64,000 bases of DNA, from contig JAHKLY010000002.1 of assembly GCA_020854825.1 (NCBI GenBank), positions 175,485-239,484 of the forward strand. Direction: 5' to 3'. The stretch comes from Candidatus Micrarchaeota archaeon (GTDB taxonomy: Archaea > Micrarchaeota > Micrarchaeia > Anstonellales > JAHKLY01). Below, piece after piece: positions 38,925-49,169 of the stretch (positions are counted from its first letter, which is position 1; each line of letters starts with the position of its first letter). Under the pieces are notes generated by a model. That model worked only from the letters and a program-made list of their open reading frames with translations, had not been told where the DNA came from and ran no database searches. Position numbers and translations under genes: made by a program.

Positions 38925-40628
38925 CTATTTCAATTGTTTTTTTAGATCTTTTACTGTCTTTGCAGTTGTTATCATATCCTTATCTTGCGCCCAGCCTCTT
39001 CTTGCAGTTCCAATTCCTAATTCAATAAATCTTAAATGATCAATTGAATGCGCATCAGTCCCAATTGAAAGTTTAACTCCTTGTTGTATTGCGCGTCTTA
39101 CATTATCTGCATTTAAATCTAATCTATTTGCATAACAGTCTATTTCTAAAATAGTATCTGTTTGTTTTGCTTTTTCAAATATCTTATCTAAATCTACTTC
39201 ATATCCATTTCTTTTTCCTATAACTCTCCCTGTTGGATGCGCTATTATATCAACGTGTTCATTCTCCATTGCTTTCATAATTCTTTCTGTCATTTTTTCT
39301 TTTGGCATTTTAAAATTAGAATGAACTGCACCTAAAACTATATCTAACTCTTTTAATATTTTATTTGGAACATCAACTGATCCATCTTTTTTAATATTTG
39401 CTTCGACTCCTTTAAGCACAGTAATTCCATTTAATTTTTTATTTACATTATCAATTTCTTTAGCTTGTTTCTTAAAATCAGATTCTTTTAATCCTTGAGC
39501 AATTGTTAAATCTGCTAAAGAATGGTCAGTTATCAAAATATATTCATGCCCTAATTTCTTTGCCGCTTTAGCCATTTCTTCTATTGTATATGCTCCATCA
39601 CTCCATTTAGAATGCATTTGCAAATCGCCGTAAACTTTTGAAATTAAATTAGGTATTTTATTTTTTTGTGCTAATTCAACTTCTCCTTTATTTTCTCTCA
39701 TCTCAGGAGGAACAAATTGAAGATTTAGTTTTGAATATATATCTTTTTCTGTTTTACTTGCTATTGATTTTTTATCCTTAAACAAACCATATTCATTTAA
39801 TTTTAAATTATGTTTTAGTGCAATTCTCCTTAATGCAATATTATGTTCTTTAGATCCTGTAAAATACATCATTGCAGCCCCAAATTCTTCTGCATTAAAA
39901 ATTCTTAAATCACAATCAATTCCAATATCTAAAAATACTGTACTTTTAGTTTTTCCTTTTGATTTAATTTTTTCAACATATTTTAAAGAAGTAAATTTAT
40001 CCATTACTTGTTTTGGTTTATTTGAAACTACTAAAATATCTATATCCCCTATTGTTTCTTTCATTCTTCTTAATGAACCTACTACTTCTATTTGAGTAAT
40101 TGTTTTATCTTTTTTTAATTCTTGTTTTATTTCATTTGCTATTGGTAATACATAACCTAATAATTGCCTTCCTTTTATTTTTGAAAGCATTTGAATCCCA
40201 CTTAAAATTTCTTCTTCTGATTTTTCTCCAAACCCCTCTAATTTTCTTATTTTTTTAGATTTAACTGCTTTTTCGAGATCTTTTAAATTTTTTATATTTA
40301 ATTCTTCATAAAGATGTTTTATTTTTTTAGGACCTAAAGAAGGTATTTTTCTTAAATTATAATATTCAATCGGGATTTCTTTTTTTAATTTAGTATGTGT
40401 TCCTATTTTCTCAGTTTCTATATACTCTATTATTTTTTCTTTTATTGATTTTCCAACTCCTGAAATACTCTCTAATCTATCTTTTTTATATAATACTTCT
40501 ATATCTTCAGATAAGGATTCAATTGCTTGTGCTGCATTTCTATATGCTCTAGGACTCCATGCAATTCCTTTAAGATCTAATAAATCCGCTATTTCATAAA
40601 AAATTCTCGCTATTTCTCTGTTTTTCAT
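38925..40628 (-). CDS. polX: DNA polymerase X with PHP domain
   Basis: RAYRNAA, GSLRRMKETIGDIDIL, YFTGSKEHN, DLQMHSKWSDG, GTDAH. Confidence 0.96.
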   Translation of the reverse strand: MKNREIARIFYEIADLLDLKGIAWSPRAYRNAAQAIESLSEDIEVLYKKDRLESISGVGKSIKEKIIEYIETEKIGTHTKLKKEIPIEYYNLRKIPSLGPKKIKHLYEELNIKNLKDLEKAVKSKKIRKLEGFGEKSEEEILSGIQMLSKIKGRQLLGYVLPIANEIKQELKKDKTITQIEVVGSLRRMKETIGDIDILVVSNKPKQVMDKFTSLKYVEKIKSKGKTKSTVFLDIGIDCDLRIFNAEEFGAAMMYFTGSKEHNIALRRIALKHNLKLNEYGLFKDKKSIASKTEKDIYSKLNLQFVPPEMRENKGEVELAQKNKIPNLISKVYGDLQMHSKWSDGAYTIEEMAKAAKKLGHEYILITDHSLADLTIAQGLKESDFKKQAKEIDNVNKKLNGITVLKGVEANIKKDGSVDVPNKILKELDIVLGAVHSNFKMPKEKMTERIMKAMENEHVDIIAHPTGRVIGKRNGYEVDLDKIFEKAKQTDTILEIDCYANRLDLNADNVRRAIQQGVKLSIGTDAHSIDHLRFIELGIGTARRGWAQDKDMITTAKTVKDLKKQLK

Positions 40629-40681
40629 AGTATTCTAAAACATGCAAGGTTTAAAAAAATAAGTAAAAAAAGAAGATGGAA

Positions 40682-42772
40682 TTACTCTTCTGGATTTTCT
40701 TCTGTTTCAGTTTTTTGTGTTTCATTTTCTTCAGTTTTATTAGCTGATTCTGTTATTTCTTCACTTTGTTCTATTAATTTAAGTTTTACTTGTCTATCTG
40801 TTATATTACAGGAATATATACTTTTGTCTGATAAAGAACCTAATATCTCTTGAATAGTTATTGTATATTTTCCTGCTGAAAATGCTTCACCTTCTTCTAC
40901 AGTTTTTGTTGTTTCACTTCCTTCAGTCCCAAAAACTAATTCTGCTTCTTTATTTTTAATAACACACTTACCATCTGATTCTGTAGTTTCAAAATTTAGA
41001 TTTTCAATAGTCAATTTTAAATCTCCGAAATTTTCTGTATCTTTTTCCCCTAATACTATATCTTCAGACATTGGCTCTAAAATTCTGAATTCCGCTCTTT
41101 TATTTGAAACCTTGCAAGATTTGCCACTTAACTCTACATCTCCCAATACATCCTCTAACTTAACTCCAATATCTCCAATAGATATAGAATTACCAACAAG
41201 TACATTGGACTTTGATTTTCCATAACTTAAGATAACATCTCCTTTTATAGGAATACATGCAGATTCAACTTTTACAGTCAAAGTAACTTTTTCATCAGTA
41301 ACAATACATTTATCAGTAACTTCATTGTAATCAACAGAAATATCAAATTCATCAACTGAAACTAATATATTATTTTTTGCTCCAGTTGTTGCATTATTTC
41401 CAGAATCTAATTTTAAAGTGTGTGTTTTTGTCCCCTCAATTACTTTCAACTGAACTTTATGGTTTGAAGAAGTACATTCATTAGAAGGTAAAACTAATGT
41501 TAATTTAACTTTTTCATTACTTATATTACAAGTACCATTAATTGAACTGTCCATATCTTCTGTTATTGCATTTACTTTTACTCTTTCACCAGTTATAAAT
41601 ACTTTTTCATCACCATAACCCAAAGTGAATATTTCTGTGCTTAAATCAGGAAATAATAATTCTAAGTCTACTTCTCTATTAGTTAAAGTACATTCAGTAT
41701 TATAAGTTGTTATTCTTAAAGTTACTTCTTTATCAGAAACTACACATTCGTCTTCAATACATTCAATATTTGAATTTACCTCTGTTACTTGTACTCTTAT
41801 TCTATTACTTACAAATTCTGAATCTCCTTCATTTAAAATAAAGGTTTTTGCAGTTCTTGAACCTTCTGGTTTAACTTTTAGCGTAACTTTCTCAGATACA
41901 ATCTCACAATCTTCAGTACAATTTTCAGTTTCTATTTCTATTTTATATATCTGAATATTTGTTCTTTCATCCAAAGTTACTTGATTACTTTCTCCATAAG
42001 TTGCAATTAATACATCTGTATCTGGTGAACCTACAACTTGATTTATATCTCTAATTTTAAGTGTATAATCACTAGGTAAAGACGCTTGTGAATTTTCTGA
42101 TTTTGTAATTGCTGTTTCTGCCATATCTCCTATGGAGGTACCTTCAGTTATAGATACAACTTCAATTGTGATATCATTCCCTACTTCTTTTGATGTTCCT
42201 TCTTCATATGTATATGTATTAGAAAAAGAATTGATGTATTCTGCAGTCATAGAAATAGATTCAACTAAAATTTCAGTACCTGAAGAAATTTCAAACTTTT
42301 CTGTAACCGGTACTACTTCTCCCCTAGATGCTAGCTCTGATGAAATAACATTCAATTTTATTTGTTTATCTTGTACTTCACAACCTTGTTGTTTAATATT
42401 AAATATTTGATTAATATCTTCAATAAATAAACTACTTACGGCAGATAATTTCTCTTCATCTCCTTCAGTTAAAGTTACTGTTCTTTTTTCTTCTCCTTTT
42501 GATAATTCTAATTTAACTTTTTCATTTGATATCACACACACTCCGTTTTCATATTTACTCCCTTCTGTTATGCTTTTTACTACTATATTCCAACCATCTA
42601 AAGTTATATTTTCACCATTTCTTAAATTAATCGACTCATCAATTGAAACACAAGTACAGTCTTCTAATTGTTTAAAACCTTCTGGACATTCTGTTTCACA
42701 CTCCGATGTTTCAATACACCCGAAAAATATTAATGCCATTAATAATATTCCCAACACCATATACTGTTTCAT
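40682..42772 (-). CDS. Large acidic beta-rich repeat lipoprotein (S-layer/surface-like)
   Basis: FFGC lipobox. Recurrent [VI]xxI...C.V.[ND]xxVxL units. Confidence 0.7.
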   Translation of the reverse strand: MKQYMVLGILLMALIFFGCIETSECETECPEGFKQLEDCTCVSIDESINLRNGENITLDGWNIVVKSITEGSKYENGVCVISNEKVKLELSKGEEKRTVTLTEGDEEKLSAVSSLFIEDINQIFNIKQQGCEVQDKQIKLNVISSELASRGEVVPVTEKFEISSGTEILVESISMTAEYINSFSNTYTYEEGTSKEVGNDITIEVVSITEGTSIGDMAETAITKSENSQASLPSDYTLKIRDINQVVGSPDTDVLIATYGESNQVTLDERTNIQIYKIEIETENCTEDCEIVSEKVTLKVKPEGSRTAKTFILNEGDSEFVSNRIRVQVTEVNSNIECIEDECVVSDKEVTLRITTYNTECTLTNREVDLELLFPDLSTEIFTLGYGDEKVFITGERVKVNAITEDMDSSINGTCNISNEKVKLTLVLPSNECTSSNHKVQLKVIEGTKTHTLKLDSGNNATTGAKNNILVSVDEFDISVDYNEVTDKCIVTDEKVTLTVKVESACIPIKGDVILSYGKSKSNVLVGNSISIGDIGVKLEDVLGDVELSGKSCKVSNKRAEFRILEPMSEDIVLGEKDTENFGDLKLTIENLNFETTESDGKCVIKNKEAELVFGTEGSETTKTVEEGEAFSAGKYTITIQEILGSLSDKSIYSCNITDRQVKLKLIEQSEEITESANKTEENETQKTETEENPEE

Positions 42773-42820
42773 ATAAAATCACCACTTTAAATAATTATAA
42801 TAAACTATTTAAATATGATG

Positions 42821-43696
42821 TTATTCTTTTTTAATATAACAAAGAATTAGGATTACTATTAAAACATATAAATTAAGTAAATTAATTCTATAAAATGTAT
42901 GTAAGTGTTGATTTATTATTATAAAAATAATATAAAAAATTAACCCATAAAAATATTTTTTTGGCATTAATTTAAATAATAGGTCTACTTTATCTAAATA
43001 AGACGTTTTGTAAACTTCACCAAATCTTAACTCAATCTTTTTTAATCCTCCAAAATCTTCTGAAAATATAGTTTTTTCCAATTTATTTAAAAACTCTAAA
43101 ATTTCGGTTTTATTTTCTAAAGTTATTGTTTTTAATTTAAGAATTTCATCTAATGAAAAAAGTAGTGAATTTATTTCTTCCATTAATGAAGGATTGAGAT
43201 CCTGCATATTTGCATCTATTAATGAATTTTTAATTTTGAAAAATTCTAATTTTAAGTCTTTTACTGACTTTTTAACTTCATCTAAATATACTCCTTTATT
43301 CAAAGGCTCTTCTAGTGTTCTTTCTGTTTTAACAATTAAATATTTTAGATAATCGCTATATGTAAATCCGTAATTCTTTTTGAAATAAGATAAAAATAAT
43401 TTTAATGAAGGTCTAATTATTTGTATATTTAAAAATGATAATAATTTTTCTAATAAAAAAACTATAATCAAAAGAAAAAGAGTAATTAAAAATAATGCAA
43501 GAAATGAGGCCAGTATTGAAAAAATAAAAAATATAGAAATATTAACAGGATCTAAAAAATTTGAATAAAAAGTTATTAAATAATAGAAAATAGATAAAAA
43601 AGATAAGAGATACACAACCCCATGCCACCATCTTCTAAATGAGACAGCATCTGAAATATCTTCATATACTATACTACCATTTGTTTTAGATTTCAT
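42821..43696 (-). CDS. Hypothetical membrane protein
   Basis: TM segments at both ends, helical middle. GTGGTGTGA upstream. Confidence 0.6.
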   Translation of the reverse strand: MKSKTNGSIVYEDISDAVSFRRWWHGVVYLLSFLSIFYYLITFYSNFLDPVNISIFFIFSILASFLALFLITLFLLIIVFLLEKLLSFLNIQIIRPSLKLFLSYFKKNYGFTYSDYLKYLIVKTERTLEEPLNKGVYLDEVKKSVKDLKLEFFKIKNSLIDANMQDLNPSLMEEINSLLFSLDEILKLKTITLENKTEILEFLNKLEKTIFSEDFGGLKKIELRFGEVYKTSYLDKVDLLFKLMPKKYFYGLIFYIIFIIINQHLHTFYRINLLNLYVLIVILILCYIKKE

Positions 43697-43803
43697 CTAT
43701 CACACCACACTAGTATATATTAGAGTATTTTATTTTATAAAGGTTTTCTTTTATGGAAAATTACGATTTTTAGAAAAAATAATTAAAAACTAAGTAAATA
43801 AAT

Positions 43804-43890
43804 AGCCTGCCTCAGACTCTGTCAGCCTTCACATTGCAACATCATAATAAATCATAATGCGCTAGACGGTTGTTCATGTCATCATCGGCT
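43804..43890 (-). ncRNA. Box C/D-like sRNA with 23-nt spacers
   Basis: GCC G ATGATGA-23 nt-ATGA-TTTATT-ATGATGT-23 nt-CTGA-GGC, in a GC-enriched intergenic patch. Confidence 0.65.
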
Positions 43891-43987
43891 TATACCAATA
43901 ATTATGATTGCTTGCGCGTTCATATATTATCGGCATTTATTTAATAAATTTTTTCCTTTATAAACCTTTGTCCTTTATTAAATTAAT

Positions 43988-44887
43988 TTATTCTAATTTT
44001 ATTTTTCTTAAAATGTCTTTTGTTTTTTCAATTAATGTTTCGGCTCTTTCTTTTCCTTTTATTGCAAAAACTCCAACCCGTTTATGGCCCCCTCCACCAT
44101 ATTGACTTGCATATTCTCCAGCATTAAAATCAGTATTAATATCCTTCCTAAACATATTATATGAGACATTAATTTTTATTAAATCGGGTCTTTTTTTACT
44201 TTCATATATAATTATACCAAATGGAACTGTTGAATATAAAGCATGAACTAAAAACTTTGCTATTTTTGAAGCTTGTTTTCCATTTCTCATATCTAAAACA
44301 AAAAATTTATTATCTTCAATTGTAGTCCAAGTTTTTATTATATCTTTATAAAATTCTATATCTTGTAATATTTTTTCAGCATTTTCTTTAACTTCAGGTA
44401 TTTCTAAAATTTCTTCAGGTGTTTTTGTAGACAGCCAGTCTATCATCTTTAATAAATATTTATCTGTTTCCCAAGGATTTTCAATAACTATACAAGAAAA
44501 AGCAATTAAGATATAAGATTTTGGATCTAATATATCTTGTATTTCATATTCTGCCGAATCAATTGTATTTGTTGCTTCAATTAACTCTTTATATTTATCT
44601 AAATATGGATTTTCATAATAATTATAAATTACTTGAGCACAACTTTTTTCTAAAGAAAAACTTCCTTTAATATTTAAATTATTTTTATTAGTTATATGAT
44701 GATCAAACCACATACCACATTTTTTATTATATGGTAAATCAGAAATTATATCATGTTTTGAAATATAAATTTTATTTCTATATATAACATTAGGAGTTGT
44801 AAAAATAATTTTATCAATTTGTTCCATTTGTTTTAATAAAATAGCAGAAACCATTCCATCAAAATCTCGATGAGTTATTAATCTCAT
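43988..44887 (-). CDS. DHH-family phosphoesterase (exopolyphosphatase-like)
   Basis: DFDG, DLPY, WFDHH, GGGGH. Confidence 0.88.
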   Translation of the reverse strand: MRLITHRDFDGMVSAILLKQMEQIDKIIFTTPNVIYRNKIYISKHDIISDLPYNKKCGMWFDHHITNKNNLNIKGSFSLEKSCAQVIYNYYENPYLDKYKELIEATNTIDSAEYEIQDILDPKSYILIAFSCIVIENPWETDKYLLKMIDWLSTKTPEEILEIPEVKENAEKILQDIEFYKDIIKTWTTIEDNKFFVLDMRNGKQASKIAKFLVHALYSTVPFGIIIYESKKRPDLIKINVSYNMFRKDINTDFNAGEYASQYGGGGHKRVGVFAIKGKERAETLIEKTKDILRKIKLE

Positions 44888-44917
44888 AATGGTTTGTTAA
44901 TTAGAAAGAAATAAAAG

Positions 44918-45176
44918 TGCTCCGGCCGGGATTGTCAGTCTACTGGCAATACTTGACATATGCCAATACATTTGAATTCCCGGACCTACAGGGTTCTTTT
45001 CTTTCCCTGGGGTTTCTTTTCTTACAAGAAAAGAAAGGCCACCCGGGTCGCCAGGAATCTCTGACCTCTTTTCTTTTTTCTTTCTTTTCCCGCAACGTAC
45101 GGCTTTTCTTTCTTTTTAAAGAAAGAAAAGGGGCCGTGAGAGCCTGGTATCCTTGACCGGACTAGACGACCGGAGC
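44918..45176 (-). tRNA. tRNA-Glu(CTC) with three introns: 37/38 (45057-45136, 80 nt), 53/54 (44977-45041, 65 nt), 59/60 (44932-44970, 39 nt)
   Basis: Spliced 75-nt cloverleaf GCTCCGG...CCAGG-CT-CTC-AT-CCTGG-CGAC-CCGGG-TTCAAAT-CCCGG-CCGGAGC-A. BHB helices CTCT/AGAG, CCCG/CGGG, TTCA/TGAC (3 of 4 bp). Confidence 0.9.
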
Positions 45177-45301
45177 AAACAAACATTAGTGAGCTTGAGA
45201 TGTCCATTTGATACATATCAAATAGGACAGGAGCAAAAAATAAAATTAAGTGATAATAATGACTAGCACTATTTAAAAAAATAACTAAAAAAAGAAAAAA
45301 A

Positions 45302-45898
45302 TTAAAAAGGGTACATCATTGATGATACTAATGTTCCCGATGATTGCATTATAGAGTATATTAAAACAAAATAAAATACTAATAATACTCCAAGCATAAA
45401 TGCAGAAACTCCTACTAATGCAATTATCATATCTGTTTTAAAGAATGTTTTAACACCATTATACATAGTTGCAGTTCCAAGCAAAACAAAAGGAGTTGCA
45501 ATTAAAAAGGCTAATAACATTCCTAAATCTGGGATTTTAAATAATAATGAAGCTAATAAAAATCCTACTGAAATTGGTACTAATGAATATGCAAAAGTAC
45601 TTACTCCAGCAAAATAAGAGGATTTTGTCCCTAATGCTTCCATAACTTTATACAAGAAAAATCCTTTTATTAATCCTGCCAATATTATCAATACTGCACA
45701 AATTATTGCAAAAAACACTAATCCTATAATATTTAGGGAAGTAAATGATGCTGCAATATTTGAAAATAGTATAGCAAAAGCTAAAGCCATTAAAATAGCT
45801 CCTATTATCAATACTACTATTGAATCTTTAATCTCTTTCTTTTTTACTGCCTCATCTACTGCTAGATTAGGTTTCCAAATCAAATTTATAAAATTCAT
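45302..45898 (-). CDS. Yip1-like membrane protein
   Basis: LIWKP..A start, about five TM helices, AYSLVP. GGAGGTG RBS. Confidence 0.7.
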   Translation of the reverse strand: MNFINLIWKPNLAVDEAVKKKEIKDSIVVLIIGAILMALAFAILFSNIAASFTSLNIIGLVFFAIICAVLIILAGLIKGFFLYKVMEALGTKSSYFAGVSTFAYSLVPISVGFLLASLLFKIPDLGMLLAFLIATPFVLLGTATMYNGVKTFFKTDMIIALVGVSAFMLGVLLVFYFVLIYSIMQSSGTLVSSMMYPF

Positions 45899-46009
45899 AA
45901 ATACACCTCCAAGTATATATAAAATTCAATTAAAAATTGGAAGGGTATTCTTTTAAATCTTATGATTGTAAAAAATATAATAAACCTTTAACCTTGAGGT
46001 GATTGATAA

Positions 46010-46210
46010 ATGGCAGAGAAAAAAATTATAGACTGGATCGCTTATGTACTATTAATTATTGGCGGTCTGAATTGGGGGCTTTATGGATTACTAAATATGG
46101 ATTTAGTAGCTCTATTATTAGGAACAATCCCAATATTAGCAACAATTGTATATCTATTAGTAGGTATATCCGCAATATATGTATTATATGTATTAGTTGC
46201 TAAAAAATAA
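46010..46210 (+). CDS. DUF378 small membrane protein
   Basis: LLIIGGLNWGL..NMDLV...IVYLLVGISA. Confidence 0.9.
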   Translation: MAEKKIIDWIAYVLLIIGGLNWGLYGLLNMDLVALLLGTIPILATIVYLLVGISAIYVLYVLVAKK

Positions 46211-46337
46211 ATTTTTCTTTTTTTTTCTTTTTTTACAAATTAAAACTCGATTTTTGAATTTTAAATTTTAGGCTTAAGATTATAAATCTTATACTTGATA
46301 AATTTCTTAACTAAATTAGTTAAAATGAGGTGAAAAT

Positions 46338-47021
46338 ATGACAGATTTTGCAAACGCAATTAAGAAACCATTTTCAGATATGAAAAACTTAGGCATAGGT
46401 GTAGTATTAGGAGCAATCCCAATAGTAAATATGCTTACAGTATATGGATATGGAATAAATTGCGCAAAACATGCTGATAAAAAAAGCTTACCAAAATGGG
46501 AAGATATTGTTCCACATATAACAACAAGCATAATAGCAATAGTAATTGCTCTTGTGTATATGATACCCGCAATTATTGTAGGATTATTTATGGCAGGACC
46601 TTTAATTGATACTTTAGTCTCTTCTATGACTAATATGAATGAAATAATGGATCCAATGGTACTAACTAATATGTTAGGAACAATAGCTATTGGAATTATA
46701 CCATTTGTATTATTAGTATTGATTGCCGCCTTCTTCCTACCTTTGGCATTAACAAGATATGCATTAAAAGGTAAAATAGGAGAAGCTTTTGCATTTGGTA
46801 AGATAATTAAAAGAGCTTTAACTGGCGAATATATTATAACCTTGATAGTATACATAGGATATGCTTTCATAGTAGGAATTATTTTGGGAATCCTTATGGG
46901 TATATTAAATATAATACCTGTACTTGATTCAATAATCGGAATGCTACTTGGAGGCTTTGGAATGTATATTTCCTATGTAACGGGTTATACCTTATTTGGC
47001 CAATTAAAATGGAAAGATTAA
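46338..47021 (+). CDS. DUF4013-like membrane protein
   Basis: AIKKPFSD, IPIV...GY, LPKWED, EAFAFGKI. Confidence 0.8.
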   Translation: MTDFANAIKKPFSDMKNLGIGVVLGAIPIVNMLTVYGYGINCAKHADKKSLPKWEDIVPHITTSIIAIVIALVYMIPAIIVGLFMAGPLIDTLVSSMTNMNEIMDPMVLTNMLGTIAIGIIPFVLLVLIAAFFLPLALTRYALKGKIGEAFAFGKIIKRALTGEYIITLIVYIGYAFIVGIILGILMGILNIIPVLDSIIGMLLGGFGMYISYVTGYTLFGQLKWKD

Positions 47022-47042
47022 TAAGTTCCTTCTCTTTTTTTT

Positions 47043-47750
47043 TTATTTTTTAAACTTAAAATAAACTCTTCTATTATTTTTTCCTTTGTTTTTTAATTCA
47101 ATTATTTCTATTTTTGGAACTTCTTTAAGATTTTTTACATGACAGCCACCATCTGCTTGTGTATCTATTTCCCCTATTTTTACAATTCTTAATTCTTTAA
47201 CTGCAGGAGGTAAAACACTTGCTAATTTAACCATGCCTGGTAATTGTAACGCTTCTTCTCTAGGCATATAAAAAACAGAAACAGGTATATCAATTCCAAA
47301 ATACGAATTAACTTTTTCTACCTGTTTTTCTAAAATTTCTCTATTAAAATCTTCAAGATCAAAATCAAATCTAGTTTTATCTAAATCTATCTGATTTCCA
47401 GTTATCAACGCACCAGTATCAGTATTTAACGTTCCTGCTAAAACATGGGCAGCTGTATGATATTGCATTAACGTATATCTTCTATCCCAATCAATAGCGC
47501 ATTTAATATTATCTCCTTTTTGTAATCCTTCTCTATTAACATAATGGATTATTCTCCCATCCTCTTTAATAACTTTTAAAACAATAAATTCTTCTCCTAA
47601 TTTAAGAAATTTTCCAATATCACAAGGCAATCCTCCTCCTTGTGGATAAAACACAGTTTGATTTAATACAATTTTGCAATTATCTACCTCTTCAATAATC
47701 GATTCGCATTCTTTCATATAAGAGTCATTCATATACAATAACTTAGTCAT
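47043..47750 (-). CDS. AlaX alanyl-tRNA editing protein
   Basis: FYPQGGG, HTAAH, DGGCH, KGKNNRRVY. Confidence 0.92.
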   Translation of the reverse strand: MTKLLYMNDSYMKECESIIEEVDNCKIVLNQTVFYPQGGGLPCDIGKFLKLGEEFIVLKVIKEDGRIIHYVNREGLQKGDNIKCAIDWDRRYTLMQYHTAAHVLAGTLNTDTGALITGNQIDLDKTRFDFDLEDFNREILEKQVEKVNSYFGIDIPVSVFYMPREEALQLPGMVKLASVLPPAVKELRIVKIGEIDTQADGGCHVKNLKEVPKIEIIELKNKGKNNRRVYFKFKK

Positions 47751-47825
47751 AAAAATCACCTAATAACAATTTATTCAAATACAATTAAAAAAGGTATTCA
47801 ATATAATATTAATGTTGGTGATATT

Positions 47826-49139
47826 GTGAAAGATTTTCATTTTCCTCCGGGAATTTTAGTAAAACAGCAGATTACAAATGCAATAGGCAATAATATGATT
47901 AAGCTTAAAGCAAAAAAGGAGATAATACATATAAATAGAGATGATGAAACAATAGGAGATTTTCTTCATTCAACACAAAATGAAATATCAAAAATTAAAA
48001 TTAAAAAAAATGAAAATGATATGGTAATAGACCAAAAACAAATCCAACCTGCATCATTAGATTTAACTTTAAGCAACACTGTTTATCACCTACCCTTTAC
48101 ATTTTTAGATTATAGAAGAAACGTTAGCGAGATTATTGAAAAATTTTCAGATATATATTTTGATATCTCAAATGGAAACAAAACTATTTTACATAAAAAT
48201 CAAACATATATTATACCTTTAAATGAAGAATTGGATTTAAATCATGATATTTATGCAAGGTGTAATCCAAAAAGTTCAACTGGAAGAATTGATGTATTTG
48301 TAAGAACTATTGTAGATAAAGGATTAGAATTTGATAAAATTCCTCCTGGATATAAAGGAAAATTATATTTATTGATAATCCCCCAATCTTTTGATATTAT
48401 AATAACTGAAAATATATCCTTAAATCAAATAAGATTTTGTAAAGAAAAATTAGATGAAAATATAATACAAGATAGATCTATGGAAACAATAAGTAGAAAA
48501 TTAGGTATCGCATATGAAAATGACGAATTAGCATTGGGTGAACGACATTTCAATAAAAATGATGGGTCAATACGATTAGGAGTTAAATTAAAAGGAATAG
48601 GAGATTCAAAAATCATTGGTTTTAAAACAAAAAAAAATATAATGGACATAATGGATTTAACAAAAATAAATTATTATAACCCAGAAGATTTTTTTGATCC
48701 TATCTATGAAGAACAAATAAAAGAAAAACCCTTAGTATTAAATCATGGAGAATTTTATCTATTAGCTTCTGATTTAAAAATAGGGATTCCTCCCCAATAC
48801 TGTGCAGAACTAAATAGTTATAATGAAGGATATGGAGAACACAGAAGTCATTATGCTGGATTTTTTGACCCTGGTTTTGGCTGGGCACTTGATCATAAAG
48901 GAAATAGGAATTTAAAAGGAAGTTATGTTGTATATGAAGTTAGATTAAACGGACCAAATGTCGCCTTATTCTCAGATAAAAATGGAAACAGCCAGAGTAA
49001 ATTTGTTAAACTTCAATTTTATAAAAACTCACAAATACCTGATGTTTTATATGGGGCAGATGTAGGCTCTAATTATCAAAATCAAGGATTAAATTTAGCT
49101 AAATATTTTAAAAAGAACTGGGAAGATAAATACAAATAA
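47826..49139 (+). CDS. dcd: dCTP deaminase, long two-domain bacterial-type
   Basis: IQPASLDL, NPKSSTGRIDVFVR, HYAGFFDPGFG, SNYQNQGLNLAKYF. Confidence 0.88.
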   Translation: MKDFHFPPGILVKQQITNAIGNNMIKLKAKKEIIHINRDDETIGDFLHSTQNEISKIKIKKNENDMVIDQKQIQPASLDLTLSNTVYHLPFTFLDYRRNVSEIIEKFSDIYFDISNGNKTILHKNQTYIIPLNEELDLNHDIYARCNPKSSTGRIDVFVRTIVDKGLEFDKIPPGYKGKLYLLIIPQSFDIIITENISLNQIRFCKEKLDENIIQDRSMETISRKLGIAYENDELALGERHFNKNDGSIRLGVKLKGIGDSKIIGFKTKKNIMDIMDLTKINYYNPEDFFDPIYEEQIKEKPLVLNHGEFYLLASDLKIGIPPQYCAELNSYNEGYGEHRSHYAGFFDPGFGWALDHKGNRNLKGSYVVYEVRLNGPNVALFSDKNGNSQSKFVKLQFYKNSQIPDVLYGADVGSNYQNQGLNLAKYFKKNWEDKYK

Positions 49140-49169
49140 TATAAAAAGATTCGCTTATTAAAAACATAT

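Noticed and set aside
43804-43935. TIGR-like guide array
   Set aside because: Only one complete C/D unit plus a degenerate fragment, and no adjacent Nop-domain effector.
44917-45216. ORFs 44917..45156 (+) and 45022..45216 (-)
   Set aside because: They overlap the triple-intron tRNA-Glu, and their Phe/Lys-rich translations come from intron tracts.
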